Source: Chrysomallon squamiferum (taxonomy: Eukaryota > Animalia > Mollusca). From it: DNA of 64,000 nt. This document shows, piece after piece, positions 1 through 21,117 of the stretch (position 1 is the stretch's first letter; each line of letters begins with the position of its first letter). The notes beneath the pieces are model-generated. The model did no database searches. It had not been told where the DNA came from and saw only the letters and a list, made by a program, of their open reading frames with translations. Where the stretch lies: positions 9,362,001-9,426,000 of the forward strand of contig CM022667.1 of NCBI GenBank assembly GCA_012295275.1. The letters run 5' to 3'. A program made the position numbers and the translations under genes.

Positions 1-418
1 AAAAAAAAAATAATAAAAAAAAAAATAATAAAACACACACACTAGATCAATATATAAATAAACAGAAGATAGGAAATAAAATAAAAATAAGAAAAAAAAA
101 ACCCGAGAAATAAACTACTACTATAACTACGACAACGACTACTACTACTGTAACTATTATTACTACTACTGCTGCTACAATAACTATTATCGTTATAACG
201 TTACCGCTGCTACTACTACTACTACTACTACTACAACAACTACTACTACCATTACCATTACTATTGCTAGTACTATTATTTTTACAATAAATATATCTTA
301 CAAACCACAGCACCCACCACCAAAAACGACAACAACAACAACAACAACAACAACAATAATAATAATAGTAGTAGCAGTATTAGTTATAACAGTAGTAATC
401 GTGGTATTAATAATAATA

Positions 419-476
<58 letters not shown>

Positions 477-1145
477 TGATGATGATGATAATGATAATGA
501 TCATAATCTAAAAACAATAGTAATAGTAAAAACAACAATGATAATAATAATGATAATAAAAATAATAATAGTAATAGTAATAACAATAATACGATAATAA
601 TAATAATAAAAATCAACAACAACAACGACAACAACAACAATAAGAAGAAGAAAAACAGGAACCATCCATGCTTCTAACGATACGTACATGAAAAAAAATC
701 TGTAGACTAATTTAGCTGACTACATGAAAGGTATCTACTAAATCTACAAAATATCTAGAATGTCAGAGATCTACTTAATATGTTTTCTGCTGCAACTGAC
801 AGGACGGAATGTCGGGTCAAAACCATCCCATTTCAAAATGGGTCACAGAGATCCAGATTTAATCTTTTCTGTGATCTTCGTTTTTACTTTTAATTGGATT
901 CTCTTCACGTATTTCATACATATACAGCGCATTTCTGTTGTAAAATATGTTGTAGGAGATGCGGCCAGTAATTTTAATTGTAATAATTAATAATGTTGTA
1001 GTAGATGTATCAGTAATATTAGTAGTAATAATAGTAGTATTTTAATTTTAATTTTAATCTTTTTAATATTTTATTTAAATTACATGTGTCAGGTTTTAAT
1101 AATAATAATAATAATAATAATAATATGTATCTATCTAAATATCTA

Positions 1146-1176
<31 letters not shown>

Positions 1177-1187
1177 ATCTATCTATC

Positions 1188-1224
<37 letters not shown>

Positions 1225-1341
1225 AAAGTAAAATAAATAAATAAATTACACAAAAATTAATAATTATAAAATTAAAATTAAAATAAAATAAAACTAAAAA
1301 AAATACGAAAAGTAAGAAAGAAAGAAGGAAAGAAGGAAAAA

Positions 1342-1381
<40 letters not shown>

Positions 1382-2755
1382 AAAGAGAAATCTTTAAAAG
1401 ATTGAAGTAAAGAATGTTTCTGGTTCATCTGATAGCAAACACGAAGGTTTTCGTGATTTATTAAACTTTAGATTGATTGCAGTGTTATGATTTTCCTAAC
1501 CCTGAATCGAATAATTTCTTTCTATTTTTGAACCGAGAATGATTAAAAGGCAATTTCACATTTAGATATTTTCCTTTAAAGTAGATTTACTCTGAACAAT
1601 TATTTTGGTCTGTTATTTTACATATATCATTTTGTTAATATAGTTTTTTCTTCTTTTTTCTCTTCTTTCTTTTTTAAAAGTACTACTACTACTACTACTA
1701 CTAATACTACTACTATTACTACTACTACTACTAATATACTACTATAACCACAACTACTACAACCAGTAATAATATTGCAATTACTACTGCTACAACAGCA
1801 ACTACTACTATTACCACTACCACAACAACTACTACTTCTACTACTACTACTAATATTATTATTACTACTAGTACAACAACTACTACTACTGCTACTATAA
1901 CTACTGCTGTTACTTCTATTACTACAACTACTACGATTACTACTGCAACTGCAACTACTAATACTAATAATTATTATTAAAAGATAGATAGATAAACTAA
2001 TAAATTAACAAACTTAAACAAACAAACAAACAAACAAAGCAAAAATAAATAAAAGAAAATTCAACAGCTTCATATATTATCTTTGTCCATTTTTCGTCTT
2101 CTCGACGAAAAAAAAAACAAAACTTTATTTTTTTTTTTTTTTTTTTTTTTTGTTAAAAAAAAACATTCATTTAACTAAACTTTCTTCGCATTTTCCTTCC
2201 ACACACGTTCTAGTCGTGATTTCCCTCATTCACGGAATGGAACAAATTGTACAAACTATTTGTGACGCGATTAGACGTGACCCAATACAACGTCTGTTGT
2301 TCTCTTCAGACACCCTGATCCTGACCAAGTTACAGAGTGAAGCTATTGTTTGCACAAAACAGGAAATTTCGGACGTAATTCATTATACAAAGATTCTTTA
2401 TAATCTGATTTCCATACCATTTTACTAATCTGAATAACATAGACTTACGCTGTTTCTAAAACAGTCGTATATTTAGCAGCGTTTTAATATTTATATAGCT
2501 ATGGTTCCCAAACAGCGTAATTCAGTCAAATGTTTGCACAGTGTCTGTAGAAGTAAAACCAGGACTAAGCTACAAATTGATTTTTTTTTCTCCCCATCTA
2601 AGTTACGGTTATTAAAAACATCTCTTCAAAATTACAGCCCCTCTTCAAGAAAAAATAAAAAAAAAAAAAAAAAAAAATAATAATAATAAAAAAAGAAGTA
2701 ATAATAATAATGAGAAAGAACGAGAAAAAAAAAAGAAGAGAAGACGAAGAAGAAG

Positions 2756-2786
<31 letters not shown>

Positions 2787-3065
2787 GATATCATCCGTAA
2801 AGTTTATAAATCAATTTAATCTGTTTTACAAAAACTGCTATCTTTATCGAAAGTCTGTAAATTATTTCAGCCGTTTCCCCAATACGTTTAAAAACTTCCG
2901 TACTGTTTACGAAAACGGCGATGTGTTTTATTGGTTTATTTTGGTCGAGCACTTTAAAAAAAAAAAAAAAATGAGGTTTATTTATTCCGTTTTGTCGAAG
3001 ATAGACGAGATCGGAAAAATCACGTGAGATGTCAAAGGTTTCGTTTCTGAATACAGAGACCGATT

Positions 3066-3168
<103 letters not shown>

Positions 3169-3508
3169 GGCGCAGGAGATCGCGAGATCGATACTGGTTA
3201 AGTAACTGTTTTCTCGATCGCGCTGATTTAGAAACGAGAAAAGTGTGCAACGTGAAAACAGAAAGCTTTGTGAAGATCTCTGATAACGTGGTCGTCTGAC
3301 GCAACTCAGGTCTACAGGATCGATCCTGCCTGAGCAATAGTTTAGTCGATCGCATGAACTAAAGAAAAGAAAAGGAAAATAATGAGTTGAGTAACAGCTA
3401 AGAGTGGGATGTTGTTCAAGATTATGATGTGTGTCTGGGGTCCGCCAGGTCTCTGGTTCAGTCCTCGCTTGGGTTCATTTTGCTGTGAAATCTGGTGGAT
3501 CTCTCCAA

Positions 3509-3609
<101 letters not shown>

Positions 3610-3625
3610 TCTCTCTCTCTCTTCT

Positions 3626-3720
<95 letters not shown>

Positions 3721-4949
3721 TTAATCTCTGTGTATGATTGTATATATCCATCCATATATTTACCTATCTATCTACCTATCTGTCTCTCTGTTTGCTTATA
3801 TGTGTATCTTTATGTCTGTCCTTCTATCTGTATATCTCTTTGTCTGTCTGTCTGTTTGTTTTTCTGTCTGTCTACTCCTCTGTTTGTCTGTCTGTATAAA
3901 AATGTTAATACGCAATCTTCCTCGGAGTATTAATACACTTGTTTGCGTGCAGGACTTTATGACCCAGAACACACAAAACCAACCTGGCACTATATTATCA
4001 CAAGACTAATAGAACGAAACATGATCTGAAATAATTAACAAAAAAAAAAACAAAAAATGTTCCAGGAATTTTTGTTTACTGTACATAATTACGCAACGCA
4101 TCGTCAGGAACAATTCCAGCAACGCTTTGACTCAAAACAATGTTAATTTTCCACTTCACTTCTTTGGCAGTTCAGTCCATTTTGTTTTCTGATCAGCTTA
4201 CCACGAACTCCTTGCTGCAGCATCAGTCGACCGTGCATAGCGTGACTTTACGTTCTTCCATGGACGTGAAGTCCTGTTATTACTGGCGCAGAATGTTTGA
4301 TGGTCGTGATACAACCGGATGGAATGTTACGTTTATTTTTCAACCCAGAATCTGTGTTCGATGGTACTAAATACCGCAACACCAGTACCACAGGTTCCGT
4401 TTTAGTTCAGACAAGAACTGGGTCGTTGGTTGTGAAACTTGCTGCAATCTTTGAAGATGTCTCTCTGTTAAGAAGCTAGATTTTTTTTTTTGGCATGTAG
4501 TTCGTGTGTACGTTAAACTGGTTTCGTGGTTATAAAAGTTACAATTAACCAAAACTCGTGTCGTATATTAATTAGCTCTGACCTGGTTTCTTGCTTAAAT
4601 AAATCGTGATAAAAAAAACATCCTGTTGATGAAACGAGTGTGTAGATAAGTGTGTCAGAATGAGCGAATGTGTCAAATGAAAACTGATTTAGATGATCAT
4701 AACATCACTGGCATGTCGTACTTGTATGGTCTGATTGTAATAAAGTTATGAGATCAATGGGTTTCTTTCATTTGTGTATATATTTATATACAGTCTGCAT
4801 AAGTTCTTCCCACTAACCTGAATAGTTTTAGTGAATTCGGTTATTATGTAAACACTGACAAAACTACAACAATGAATACAATGGAGTTAATGTTTGTTTA
4901 CAAGATGTCAGTGCATGTGTACTGTTAACTCTTCTAACCATCAAACACA

Positions 4950-5275
4950 GGACCGGGATGCAGATCAGCGCTAGATCGTCTACGTAACATTCTGAGAGTC
5001 TTAGGATCGATCCTTCGTAGTAGATTCATTTGAGTTATTTTTCTCATTCCAACCGGTGCTCTACAACCGATTTTGCAAAGGCAGCTAGCTGTATGATTAT
5101 CCTACCTGTGGGGTGGTGTGCAATATAAAGATTTCTTGCTGCTAATGGGAAGTGTAGACCACTCAGTGGAATCAATGGCGTTCCTCTCTCTCGATATGCA
5201 AAAGTTTCTTAAGGAAGTCAGACGTCGTACAAAACGTGACAAGAGAATCGTTAAATAAAACATTTCATTTCTTCC
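4950..5275 (+). mobile_element. Degenerate tRNA-derived SINE (Nin-domain/gastropod-type)
   Basis: Decayed tRNA-like head with B-box-like GGATCGATCC (~5004). Central segment (ttctcattccaaccggtgctctacaac...tatcctacctgtggggtggtg...aaagatttcttgctgctaatgg) resembles the Nin core of gastropod SINEs as I recall it. Typical tail cgttaaataaaacatttcatttcttcc. Confidence 0.7.
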
Positions 5276-5885
5276 TTTACCGTCACAGATATCCTTTCTG
5301 AATGGTCTTTATTCATTACAAACAGTATACCTTACTTCTCCAAGTAATGGCGACCTTTGTGTCTTTGTCTGATTTCCCCATCTTCAGCCGCACAGTCTGA
5401 CAGCATCGCGTTGTACAACGTAATTTTGTTGAGTGACATTAAGGCGATTGATCTAATTGTGTAACAACCAGCGAAGGTTACAATTTTATTCTCTTCCTCT
5501 GTAGCCTCGGTCGAGAAATGGACACATCAGTGACACACTGTAATAAAAAAAATAGAAATAAACCAATAAAAGAAATCGTTTGAACGTGTTCAGTATTTAT
5601 TGAAGACAATTTGTCAGGACCGCGGAAAAGTACATCACTGGCGATATTGTGAGACTGTGGACTTTGGAAAATCGTGTTTCTTCTTCTTTACTTGTTTGGA
5701 ACCTAGACAAGTGTTAATAGTATCTTGAACTAGTTCCGTTTTGTGGATATATTGATTTTATTGATTAGAATGTAAGGTGAAGATAACAGAAAGATAAGTC
5801 ATAACAACAACAACAACATCAACAAAAATATTAATAATAGAATACTACTATAACTACTACTACTACCAGTACTACTACTGTTACA

Positions 5886-5947
<62 letters not shown>

Positions 5948-8900
5948 CAATAATAATAATAATAATAAACAAATCAACAGGACTAAAGATGTAATATCTC
6001 TGCTATCAGTTTGAATGGTTAAAAGACGAAGAAACAGTAAAATAAATACAAAAAAGAGACATATTTTGTGTAAGACATAAAGAAGTATATAAAAAAACAT
6101 CTGAAAGAAAAAGAAGAAAGCGACAGACGAATCATTTACTGACCTGTTAAATTTGTTCAGTTTGATCTCTGCTCTTTTGTACCCCGTTTCCGAAACTTCG
6201 CACTAAAGAGTTACGCAGATTCGTTGTGTCTGTGTATTACTGAGCAAAATCAAAGCAAATTAATCCGAGCAACTGTTTCTGTTTCCAGATGACTGAAGCG
6301 AAATGATTTTGCCATCTGACTGCAATAACATCCCTATGTGTTTTGCTTTCTGGTGTTTTTATTGTTTAATTAAGCAGGTGTGCTTGTTTATTGAAGGTGA
6401 TAATGACAAAGATTATGTTTGGTAAAGAAAATAAAAAACATAATCTACGAAGTATCTTTGTTTCCTGTATGCACTGATGATTTCCAGATTATTTCGCCGA
6501 GGTGATTACAGAAAAATCTTCACGGATTTCGTTTTAATGTTTTCATAGACAGAATTTTTATAGTTAACCAGTGGATGGACTGAGAAATAGATTTGGATGA
6601 ATGGAAAAATGAAAGAATGATGTGACGATAAGATACTTTGATGCCTTCTTACATTTCACCTGTTTTCCTGCTGCTACTACTACTGCTACTGTCTAAAATT
6701 GCCACTACTACTACTACTATTACTGCTTCCGATACCATTTCTACTAATGTTACTACTTCCACCACCAGTGTATTTATAAACATTGTCACCTTTATGATTA
6801 TTCTGTCCATCGAGATGCATGTATTAGCCTGTTGTACTGCAGCGTTAATTACAAATGTTGTACACACATACATACACAGACACATACATATACATACATA
6901 CGGACATACACAAATACGCAGATACAAAGACACACACTGCTGCACACGAACACACACATACACATACATACTCATATACACAGCCTGATACACATACTTT
7001 ATTTTAAATCATTTTTTTAATCAATTGACAGTTGTAAAACTGTACTCAAATTCCGTAAACTAACATATCATTTCATTATTATATGTATACTGTAAACCAT
7101 CATACACACAGACAAACACGCGCACACACACACACAGACACACGCACACACGGACACACGGGCACACACATACACACACACAAACGCACACACACACACA
7201 CACACACGCATATACACAGAGAGAGAGACACACACATACGCAGACACACACACACACACACACACGCATATACACACAGAGAGAGACACACACACACAGA
7301 CACAACACACAGTTGCCAATCGAATCCCTTCATCTATCCCGTGTCTACAAACAATGCCCAGACTGTCTGTCTGTCTGTCCTCCAACTGGTACGTTCCTCT
7401 TGTTTTTTGATCGGCTTCTGCTGACACTTGCCCGAGTATTCATATTTTAACAGGGACGTCTGTCAATAAGAAACACGCCACTTCTGAAACTGTCCCAGTT
7501 TTCCTACGAGCCGGTCGCTCCTGGAGCCGTTGTGTAAAGTTATATTAATTATCTAATTACGTATGACTACAAGTGGCGCCATGTTGAGATGGCGTTTTCC
7601 AAAGAGATAACGATGATTAAGACTTAAATACCAATTTTTTTTTTTTTTTTTTTTCATCTGATTTTGCTTGACACAATCTGATTCTACAAATCAAACGAAA
7701 AGAGGAACATGTCGAAAACTAAGTCAGCCGGAAACTCATAACCAATGAATAATACATTAAGTTCGTTTGGAGGGGAGGGTTTTGGCGGGGGGTATCTTTA
7801 TTTTTCTGGAGTACATTTTTTTTTTTTCTGTTTCTTTCTTCCTTTTTTTGTAAACGCAGTAGTTAAAGCAAACACAAAAACAGCAAAACGAACAAGAATA
7901 ATGATGACGTGGAATGTTTATGATTAAAATTGCAGCACTATTAATAAGAACACAAAAACAGTTCTAGTGTAGTAATAATAATAGTTAAAGAAACGTAGTA
8001 CTAGTATTAGCAGTAAAAATAGTAAAACTATTAGTAATAGCAGCAACGGCAGTAGTAGAAGTAATAGTAGTAGTAGTTGTTGTTGTAGAAATTGTAGTAG
8101 TTTGAGTACTCGATGTAATGGTCGTTGTAGTAGTAGATGCTGCTGAAAGAGTACTAGTGGTACTACTGACTGTAGTAGCAGTAGTTATAGTGAAAGTAAC
8201 GTAATTGTTATCTTTTTTCTTACTTAATCTACGCATATTTATTTAACACTGTTTTAATTCTTATAAACACAGAGACAAAAATGTAAAAGAAAAAAAAATC
8301 TCATTCTGCAACAAAAACGATTTAACGAGATCTAATAAAACCGAGAAAGAGATCACACTCGAAAAATATTTACTTTGAAATAATTACCTACCGTAAATCT
8401 GCCAATGAGCAAAGCCAGTCTATTTTATTACCAAGCCTGTAGCCAATTTAATTATCCATCCCCCATGTTTTTTAAGGGCAAACATCAATGACGTTTTGTG
8501 TAACCAGTTCTTCTTAATTGTTCGCAGGTGCTCAGATAAGAAGGATAAACTGAATCCTTGTCAATACAATCAGTGACTGTTAAATCTTGTGACGTTTTCG
8601 TTTGTAATGAAAACATGACAGAAAAGAAAAGGTGAATCACGGAGTTGCTGAATAGAGGAGTTTAGCAAATATTAGTAATAGTAGTCGTAGAAATAGTAGT
8701 AGTACTAATACGGTAATAGTAGTAGAAGTAGTCATTGTAGTAACAGTAGTAGTAGAAGTAGAGTGATGATATATCTGGTAATATTTTATGGTAGCAGTAG
8801 TGGTAGTTTTAGTTGCGGTACTAGTAGTAGTAGCAGTAGTAATGTAGTAACAGGAATGACAGTAGTAAAAGTAATAATTGTGTAACAGTAGTATTTTAAG

Positions 8901-9064
8901 TAGCAGGACCAGACGCAATATTGGTGGTAGTAGCAGTAATAGTAGTAACAGTAATAATAACAGAATTAGTGGAAATGGTAGCAGTAGTTGTAGTAATTGT
9001 TGCGGTAGCAGTAACCGAAGTTGTAACAGTAGCGGAAAACAGCCAAGCCAGAGGCAGTTCTGTT

Positions 9065-9132
9065 GAGATTCGATCGTGCAGTCCCTCACGTCTCGGTCTC
9101 TCGCTCTAACCACTGAACTACAGCGTAACACC
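9065..9132 (-). mobile_element. tRNA-derived SINE head fragment
   Basis: Minus strand reads ggtgttacgctGTAGTTCAGTGGTTAGAGCG...cacGATCGAATCTC, i.e. Pol III A-box and B-box-like motifs. No intact cloverleaf. Confidence 0.45.
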
Positions 9133-11891
9133 TTTCCTGTAACAAAAACAACATTTCCTTTAATACCGACATAAACTGGCCTTTTCCTCTTAATTTAAAT
9201 TGATTTTTTTTTTTTTTTTTTTTATCGTCCGTTTATCTAATACCTGTTGATAATTAAATTTATTTATACATCTCATAAATTATCTCACTCAGATTCGCAC
9301 CTGGAATCGTATTTCTAACCTGCTGGCAATAATTTATGTCACGTTTCTTAACCGTGAAGATAGCTGTGAATTAATAGCTCTTTTTGTAACACCTCTTTAT
9401 TTTAATTTAATTTATGTTAGACCATGTTAGACTTGATTGTGAGGGGCACGAATACTGAAGAATCTAAAATATGATGACATGCAAGAATCTCTTCCAGCTT
9501 TGTTAAAAGAGGAACATAAATATTATGCAGATTATATTTATGGTTAAAAATAAATAGATAAATATATATTTTTTTTAAAACCCAACAAAATCCATTTTTG
9601 TTTATTTGCAGCTGTTGGTTTTAAAGTAAATTAGAGCCCAGAGTTTACTGATAATGAAGTTTGAGATTTCCCTTGTTTTACTGTGTATAGTTTTTCACAA
9701 GTTATTTGTGGTTGTCTGTTGTTATCTTAGGGTGTGTTGGTACATTTTTCTGCGTCTGTTTTTATCGATTTTGTTTCATTAATCTTTTTTTTTGTTCATA
9801 CATATACATATACATACACATACACATATATATACGTACATACATACATACATACATTCATTCATACATACATAGATACATACGTAATTACATACATTAT
9901 ACATACACATATATATGTAGATTGATAGATAGACAGACAGACAGAAAAACGTATATACGGACATATACACACAAAGCACAGAATCTTATATTATTTAAAC
10001 CGCATCTTTTTTTTTTATCAAAACATCAATAATTTAAAAGTCACAACATTTATTCATTTTTTGGTTTTTTCTTTAAACACATACATCAAAGAACGTAACA
10101 TCAAATTTGATATCATTTTTTTTTTTATAGATTTCACATTACGTACATATAGATATATATTTACAATCAATTGCCACGACATTTCAGCTCATTTAACCTC
10201 GCTTTTCAGTCCGTTCACTACGACGTCGTCCTACGATCGAAGACGGTGCCGAGGCGAGCTGTTTACAAAAGGCAGTCGTAGTTGAAAACATTTCCTGTAA
10301 ATTGGCTCAAATTAATTACGAGCTGTCTGACGAAAAGCTTCACTCAGAACCAATCACTGAATTTCAAAGCGATTGTAATTCCAAAGTGGCAGTCCTCCTA
10401 TGCCTTTTTTTTTTTTTTTTTTTTTTGATTTCCGTTCTTTCGCTCGGGTTCAGGATGAAAGTTTCACAAATGTAGTAGAGCTTCAGGGGTTTTATTTTTA
10501 TTTTGCGGAGGAAGAAAAGAGTAAAAGATAAAAAAAATTAAAAAAAAAAATTAATAAAAAAAATCGAGACATCAAGCAATGATAAAAATGGACACGCGAT
10601 GAGCAGGGGCGGTTCCGTGTTGTGAGAGAGAAAAGTGAAGTAAATCCAGTTTGCTGAGAATTCAAAAATCTACGAAAGATTTGTGTGTTTTTTATTTTAT
10701 TTTATTTTATTTTATTTTATTTTATTTTATTTGTTTGTTTGTCTGTCTTGTTTTATTTTGTTTTGTTTTATTTAATTTAATTTAATTTTTTTTTTTTTTT
10801 TTTTTTTATATTTTTTTTTTTTTTTTTTTTTTTTGATGGGTGTGTGGCGTCTGACACTCCAAAATTATGCAGAAAGAGAGAGAGGGATACATAACTCACA
10901 CACACACATACATACACACACACACACATATACACACATACATACATATACACATACATCCACACATCAACATGCACACTCAGATGCACACACGTACGTA
11001 TGTACATCAACACCAGTGGAGAGAAACCAACCCGTCATGAAGAGAGATTTGTCACGACACCCCACCCCCTGTATTCAGTTCTAGACCCGCCCTGCTTTAC
11101 GTCTGAAAACAAATTCCTGCAGTGCAGTTACAGCTCAGCGCGTGCGGGGGGGGGGAGAGGGTTGTTATCATCTTCGTCAGGGTTTGTGCCTACAGGGAGG
11201 ATGAACAAGAATGGAATGAAAACATTTACGAAAGTCACTGGAATTAGCAATTAAGAAAAGAGGATTCTGAGCGAATAAATACACTGACACGAGACCTGAC
11301 ATACACAGAAATGTTTTCAAGTGTCGTAGTTCATTACAGACGATAATAATAGTAATAATAGTAGTAATAATAATAATAGTAATAATAACAATAATAACAA
11401 TAATAATAATAATAATAATAATAAGATGAATAAGAAGAAGAAGAAGAAGAAAAAGAAATATATATATACATCTCTATCTATCTGTCTCTCTATCTATATG
11501 TGTATATATTTATATATGTTATTTTATATTATTACGTTATAATTAAAAAGATGTATTAAATATAAATAAATAAAATGAAAAAAAAAAAGAACAAGGAAAA
11601 AAAAAAAATAATAATAATAATAAAAACAAGAACAAGAAAAAAAAATAAAAATAAAATTTAAATAGAAAACAAAAGAAGAAAATAACGACATAGCAATTTT
11701 TTATTATCAAAATATCAGCCTGTAACAAATTATACATCCTTAAACTGACAGACAATCAGACATCATCATCTGTACGTGTATAATCAAAACAAAATTATGT
11801 TAGCTTAATTTCAGCGAGTGTCACTATGACGTAAACAAGATATATAAAAAATACACTTCAGTATATGATTGTTTGTATAGAAATATTTAGT

Positions 11892-17454
<5,563 letters not shown>

Positions 17455-17550
17455 CGTGTTGTCCGGATCGGACCTGTCGCTGGACACGAGGATGGACGTT
17501 ACGGACAGACACTGTTTTGTTTTGCACTTCTGTTTGGCGGAACTTTGAAG

Positions 17551-17586
17551 TTATAATTGAATGACGTCATAAAGAAAGCGACGTCA
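17551..17586 (-). promoter_or_regulatory. Putative SDR-B core promoter: TATAA plus CRE and CRE-like sites
   Basis: Minus-strand TATAA at 17555-17551, ~100 nt upstream of ATG 17454. Perfect TGACGTCA at 17562-17569 and TGACGTCG at 17586-17579. Confidence 0.5.
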
Positions 17587-17812
17587 TAGGCACAGAAGGG
17601 ATTGAGTACTCGAGCACTGACGGTGTTGAAGAAAAGAGGGAGGGGTGGTGAGTGTGATATTGAAAGTAAAGTTAATGTAAATAAATAAATAAAATAAAAT
17701 AAAGGATTTTACATAAAAAGAAAGAAAGAAAACGAAACAATAAGCGGGATAGACAAAAAAGAGAGACAGAGGAAATAAATAAATAACGAAAATAATTGTG
17801 CATCAATAATTG

Positions 17813-17818
17813 TTTATT
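17813..17818 (-). terminator. Putative polyadenylation signal of SDR-A
   Basis: Minus-strand AATAAA (plus-strand tttatt) ~345 nt after the SDR-A stop, followed by T-rich sequence on the minus strand. Confidence 0.45.
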
Positions 17819-18160
17819 CAACCAAGCTCGAAGCAAAAGAAAAGACTGGCAAATTCACAGACACATAGTTGGCATGAACTAAAATGAAATTCATAGCACG
17901 TCAACGTTAAATCAGATATACAGCGCAATTTGCTCATAATTACTCGATATAAGAAATAATATTAAAATAAAAATACATATATATATATAATAATAATAGT
18001 AAAACTAACACCAGTATAAATCATTTAAAATATTTGAACATCTCTAGATTGCAGCAGCGAGAGAAAGAAAGCGTTCAGACAACTACAACTACGACACCAA
18101 CGTCAAGACGTGAACTCCACGTCCTTGACCTTTGTCGCGCCGTTCTCTGAAGCGGAACGG

Positions 18161-18424
18161 TCACACGAATTTTATTCCTTCTCGTTTTACGATCGTCATG
18201 ACGGCGCCATTTTTGCACTCGTCTGTGACCAACTGCACCAAAGCCTCGGCAACCTGTTCAGGTCTGAAACGTGGCGAATAAAGAAAAAAAATGTGAGAGA
18301 CGGACAGACACAGAGACGCACAGACGTAGTAACAGATTATCAGATGTGAAAGTTGGAACGGTAAATTTAGCCAGTTCTTTCTCAAACATCGATCCTGTTA
18401 CCCGTAATGAACTGGCAACTGCAT

Positions 18425-18462
<38 letters not shown>

Positions 18463-19503
18463 ATTACAATCATTATTATTATAACTATTATTATCATTGT
18501 TCTTGTTTTTGTTATCATTATTGTTGTTATAATAATAATAATAAAAGTTATTATTATTTTTATTATTATAATAATAATCATTATTATTATTATTGTTATT
18601 ATAATAATTATTATTATTACCGTTATTGCTGTTGTTATTATCATTACTGGTGTTATTATTGTTACTACCTACATCATCATTATTATTATCATCGTCATCT
18701 TCATCATCATCATCATCATTATGACTCGTAGTTCAAGCAATACTTCCAAACCACCCAGCTGGACACGCCCACCCCGTAATAGTCACTGCCCCCGGTTACT
18801 TACTCGAGGAAGCCGAACTGCTGCATCCAAGCCCTAGCTCCCTCCACGTCCAGACAGTTCTGCTCGTTGAGGTTCTGCGCCAAGTTCGTTTTGGCCACGC
18901 TCGGACACAGAACGTTAATCCTCACGCAGAGACTCTTCAGCTGTGGGTTTGCCTGTAAGGGGAAACAACTGTCGTCCGTGAATGATGACAGCGCCATCTT
19001 GTGGCGCAAACTGGAGCACCTCAAGGATCGATAAGTTTATGAGTGCTAATTGGGAAAAGGTTCCTTTTATTTTTTTATTTTTTTTATTTTTATTTTTATT
19101 TTTATTTTTATTTTTATTTTTATTTTTATTTTTATTTTTATTTTTATTTTTATTTATTTTTTATTTTTTGGCCTGTGCTCTGTTTTGATATTATCAATGT
19201 ATGTATTATTTCTATTATTATATTTTTTTTTTAAATTTTATTTTAATGCGTGCTGTGTTTTCGTTGTAGAGGAGAGGCTATGCACTGAAGTTGTACAGAA
19301 TGAATCAGTCTAAACAGTACCAATGAGAAGATGAAAATCTATACATACCGCATAGCTCTTGCTGTAACCAATAATTCCAGATTTAGTAGCAGCATACACC
19401 GGGCCAAAAGGGTTAGGACGGATACCTGATATACATATACATATACATACATACATCCATACATACATACATACATACATACATACATACATACATACAT
19501 ACA

Positions 19504-19539
<36 letters not shown>

Positions 19540-19757
19540 TCAGCATTATACAGGGGATGCAAAAGTAGTTATGAAAAAAGAAAACACTTACAGTACTCAT
19601 TGCATTTATTATTCAAACAAAAATGCTAATATTTAAAAATACATGCAAGTATGTATGTATGTACAGAGGGACGGACGTTCGACCTAAGCAGTTTAATGCT
19701 GATATAAATATAGAAATGTATTCAGTCTCCATATGTTGCCACAGACAGACAGTCAGA

Positions 19758-19829
<72 letters not shown>

Positions 19830-20725
19830 TAGAGACACAGAGAGAGAGACACACATAGAGAGAGACAGAGACAGACAGAGACAGACACAGAGAGAGAGAG
19901 CGAGTGAGTGAGAGAGAGACAGACAGAGACAGACAGACAGAGAGAGACAGAGAGAGACAAAGAGAGAGAAAGTGAGAGAGAGACAGACAGAGACAGAGAG
20001 ACAGATAGAGACAGACAGAGAGAGAGACAGAGAGAGACAGAGAGAGAGACAGACAGAGAGAGAGAGACAGAGAGAGACACATCACACTCAGACTTGGTTT
20101 GTGTGACGTACCCATCATTGACGAAACGTTTATGATGACTCCGCCGTTACCTCCCTTGTCTCGTCTCATTGTCTCTATCCCCAACATCGTCCCGGTTATC
20201 GTTCCTTTCTGCAACATCCACAACAGTGTCAGTAATACTACAACTTACAGAAATGGTAGAGGCGCAATGTGGGAGGCGCAACAGAAGTGGTAGTGGTAAC
20301 AGTCGTCGTCGTAGTAGTAGTGATAGTAGTAGTGGTAGAAGTTCTTATGGTATGAGTAGTAGCAGTAGTGACATGGGGTGTAATAGTGGAAGTAGTTGTA
20401 GCAAACATGGTTGTAGTAGTATGTACAGTAGTAGTAGTAGCAGCAATAGTAGAAGTAGTAGTGGTAACAGTAGTAAAAATTGTAATATAAATAATAATAG
20501 TAACTGAAATAGTAGTAGTAGAAGTAGTGTTAGTAGTAGTAGTAGTAGTAGTAGTTATATCAATAGATGTATTATTATTGGTAGTAGTGATAGTAGTAGT
20601 AGTAAAAGTAATATTAGTAATAACAGTAGTTGTAGTAGTGGTAACAGAACTAATAATAGCGGTAGGAGTTCTAGCAGTAGTAAAAATTGTAGCAGTAGTA
20701 GTAGTAGCAATAGTAGTAGTAGTTT

Positions 20726-20761
<36 letters not shown>

Positions 20762-20981
20762 CAGTACTAGTAGTAGAGGTTTCAGAGGAGGTAATATTTG
20801 AAAACTGTTGTGGTTATTTTTCTGGGAGTTTACCAAATTGACATCGATAACTTTAGGCCATATAGGAGCAACTTCACCCGAAATACCGGCGTTATTAACA
20901 ACGATATCCAAATTATTAAAAGCCTTTTTAGCACCTTGGAATGCAGCTACATGAAAATAAAAATATTACAAAAAAAAAAAA

Positions 20982-21020
<39 letters not shown>

Positions 21021-21060
21021 TAGAGACAGAAGTGAAATGATATGCCTGTACATAACAACG

Positions 21061-21117
<57 letters not shown>

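Noticed and set aside
4202-4480. Unique block ending in a good minus-strand donor (GTG|GTAAGC at 4201)
   Set aside because: No open frame from an ATG to the donor and no partner exon found. It could be a non-coding exon but is unsupported.
9065-9132. Possible tRNA gene
   Set aside because: A/B-box-like motifs only; stems do not pair, so it is treated as a SINE head.
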